A stretch of DNA of 63,987 nt, the filler included, from Dirinaria sp. TL-2023a (taxonomy: Eukaryota): the NCBI GenBank assembly GCA_051941275.1. It is 15 parts of 15 records of this genome, joined end to end, with 100 filler letters (N's around TTAATTAATTAA, not from the genome) between each part and the next. Parts side by side here need not be neighbours in the genome. Positions count along the whole stretch, not along the records: positions 60,165 to 63,987 come from JAVEBF010001959.1; 14 more parts are not named here. One strand, given 5' to 3'. The first letter of the stretch is position 1. Each line of letters opens with the position of its first letter. Both the position numbers and the translations under genes were made by a program. This document shows, piece by piece, positions 61,602 to 63,987 of this stretch. The notes beneath the pieces were generated by a model. It saw only the letters and a list, made by a program, of their open reading frames with translations. It did not search any database and was not told the DNA's origin.

Positions 61602-63987
61602 TCATATCGGTGTGATTGCGTCATCTCTTTCATCAGGCATAGTTTGATCCGAGTAGTCGTCCTCCTGATGACGTGGCTCGAGGTTTTTCTGCCGGTTCCA
61701 AGTGTACAAGGGAATTGGTTCATCGGCATAGAGGCCGGGAGTATAATGGCGCAAAGTCCACGGGAGGGATTCCTTGATCTGGTACTGAACGTGCCTCGCG
61801 GTGAGGACACCGAATATGTAATTCATGTCCTCGAGCGTGGTGATTTGGGCGGTTCCAGAGACAAAAAGCCATGCCAATATCGCGGCGATGATGTCGAGGC
61901 CTGCAAACAAGCCTAGCAATCGTGTCGGGCCCAGCGCGTGATTGAGCTGCGGCACGGTCAAAGCTAGCAGGCCAGCGAGCAGGTAGTTGACGGAACAGGC
62001 GAAGGACATCCCTGCTTCTCTATTGATTAAAGGGAAGACCTCGCTAGAGTATCTGTTGAAGCGCGGAGTTAGCGTTGCGTCGGACCGAGAAAGGTTTGCT
62101 CTGCGGATTAAGGTAGGCTTACTGGAAAGGAACAACACCGGCGCCTGGTGAATAGGCTGCTGTGTACAGGATAACGAAGAGTTCAACTACTGCGAATTTT
62201 GCTGTCGACTGCGGGATCTTAAAACTGAAGGCCGTAGCAAGCAATAGTGGCACCATCGCAACAAGTGATGCCAGAAGCAAGAAACGCCTGCCTTTGCTAT
62301 CGATGAATCAATAGACGATGAGCGAAAAGACCGCGTTAGATGTGACGAAGCCGAAGCTCAGCCAGAGGCTCTTCATAGGGTTGATAGTGCCGTAGTTGAA
62401 GATTGTGATGAACAAGAAGGCAAAAATATTGATACCGAATAGTTGCCTACTCCGAGTCAACACCAAGAAACTTTTCGGAGGGCATTCCTGACTTACTGAG
62501 ACGCCATTATCGTGCCAGCGACTAAACTCGCTCTGCCATTGCGGAAAACTGTGAACAGTTGAAGAAACCGTGTACCGTAGCTCGAAGCCGCAGCCTCTCG
62601 CTCATACAAGACGTAATCGCTTCAATCTTCGAGATGTCTTTCAATCTCCGAATCCTTGGAGAAGAGAAGGGTCTCGACTCGAAGCTGAGCATAGATATAG
62701 TACAAATCCCCTAAGGTCTGTTTGAGTACGAGTGCATTATCAAGCTATATGATCTTACGGACAGCTTGTAGCGGCGTTTCCCTTAAGCCACAGAGAACTC
62801 TGAAAGCCTTAGCATACTGATTTTTCTTCGCAAGCCACCGAGGTGATCTAATGACAGAGAAGCTTAGCAATTATTAGACATCCGTAAGCATTGATGTTAC
62901 TCACTCGGAACACAGAAAGGTCAGACAGAGCAAGAGAATGATGAGAATAGCACAGCTAGCGATTTGAAGTCTTCAGACAACCTTCTGCCGCCAAATGTCG
63001 CTAGATTCTGTAAATTCTAGACCACTGAAGCCGGAGGTCGTTCCGATGTGCGGCTCATGAAACACGAGGTTGAACGCAGCGCCAAGCATGATACCAACGG
63101 CAGCTCCGTGAATTAGTAATTGAACAAAAGTCGTTGGTCCGCGGATACTCACTGAACGTCTGTCAGGATACGAGAAGGCGTCCTCGAGTATTTGACGAGC
63201 ATCTGCCGTCGAAGTACGGCGTCAGCATTGTTTGACCGAAAATGGGGGCTCCGCAAATAGCCTTACACCTCAGACTCAAATATCGGCACTACAGAAGCTT
63301 TGGCACCATAGCCGATCCCTAGAAAGACTAGTGAAGTGGAGAGTTAGCATCGCTGAAATGAGAGACATATCCTCAGCTGATGGACTTACGTCGACAGACG
63401 AACAGTGTCTTTCAACTATACGTGAATGCGGATCCAATCGACGCCGTGAAGGTGAAGAGACCAGCAATGAATAGGGCACCACGTCTGCCCCAGAAGTATT
63501 CGTTTAGAGGATCACTCAACCAGCAGCCAATGAAACCGGCGGCGAAGTATGTTATCGCGTTCACTCCCCCGAAGATCCAGAAGTTGATGATTGATTCAGA
63601 TATGCCTTCGTTCGTCTGCAAACCAAAAGCGTATGGCCATTGAAGATTGACCCCAATGATGAATGACTGTGACCACCCTTGAACAAGAGCTGCAATGCAG
63701 CATGTCAAAAGGATGGTATTGAGCTCTCTACTCTGGTTCTTCAATCTAGAGTTCTCCTCTCTCTCAATCGCCCTTTTCTCCACGCGGTCGAGATGACCGT
63801 ATTCTTTGAAAAGAACATCGTCTTGCGCGAACCGAGCGCCACGAAGGAGAAGTCGCTCATCCAGGACATCCTCAAGCTCATATCGGCAGTAGAAGGCATT
63901 GACGTCTCGCTTGAGATCATCGTTGTCTCGATAAATCAAGGGGTTATCAACCCTGATGGAGGCAATGTCAGTCGCTCGGTCGAAGGC
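61602..63987 (-). pseudogene. MFS sugar/inositol transporter pseudogene (5' end beyond the window)
   Basis: Sugar-porter motifs AALVQGWSQS, LSDPLNEYFWGRRG, ESPRWL, QLFGIN, IDSKGRR, YSSEVFPL..REAGMS and TLEDMNYIF, with intact GT-AG introns. In-frame TGA stops at 63412, 63163, 62973, 62622 and 62308. Confidence 0.85.

Noticed and set aside
62300..63420. UGA reassigned to Trp as the explanation for the in-frame TGAs
   Set aside because: Other genes here end at TGA (aldo-keto reductase, UBC8, ECM31, bHLH), intact genes have no internal TGA, and the same gene shows parallel Pro->Ser/Phe damage.

Overview
This window is eukaryotic fungal DNA: a filamentous ascomycete (Pezizomycotina) with short GT/GC-AG introns. 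A lichen-forming lineage is possible but is only an inference. It is not one locus. It is 15 unplaced ~4.2 kb contigs, sorted by decreasing length and joined by artificial 100-nt linkers (44 N + TTAATTAATTAA + 44 N), so gene neighbourhood only means something within a contig. Recognisable genes: SEC2, a pyridoxal reductase-type aldo-keto reductase, an Iec1-like C2H2 protein, zuotin, DID2, D-3-phosphoglycerate dehydrogenase, a GH45 subfamily C-like endoglucanase, a Zn2Cys6 factor, RPS7, CAB2, an SREBP-type bHLH factor, two secreted proteins, UBC8, ECM31/panB, AXL2, an arrestin-domain protein, an ankyrin protein, an MFS pseudogene and decayed transposon DNA. Three observations stand out. (1) A tRNA-Arg(UCU) gene (32495-32625, minus) carries a canonical 8-nt anticodon-loop intron plus a 51-nt spliceosomal-type GT..branch..AG intron in the D-loop/A-box. 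(2) UBC8 appears to need a 1-nt exon as well as 3-nt and 8-nt microexons. (3) Decayed sequence shows a CpC->TpC biased, non-canonical RIP-like signature, including five in-frame TGA stops in the MFS pseudogene.
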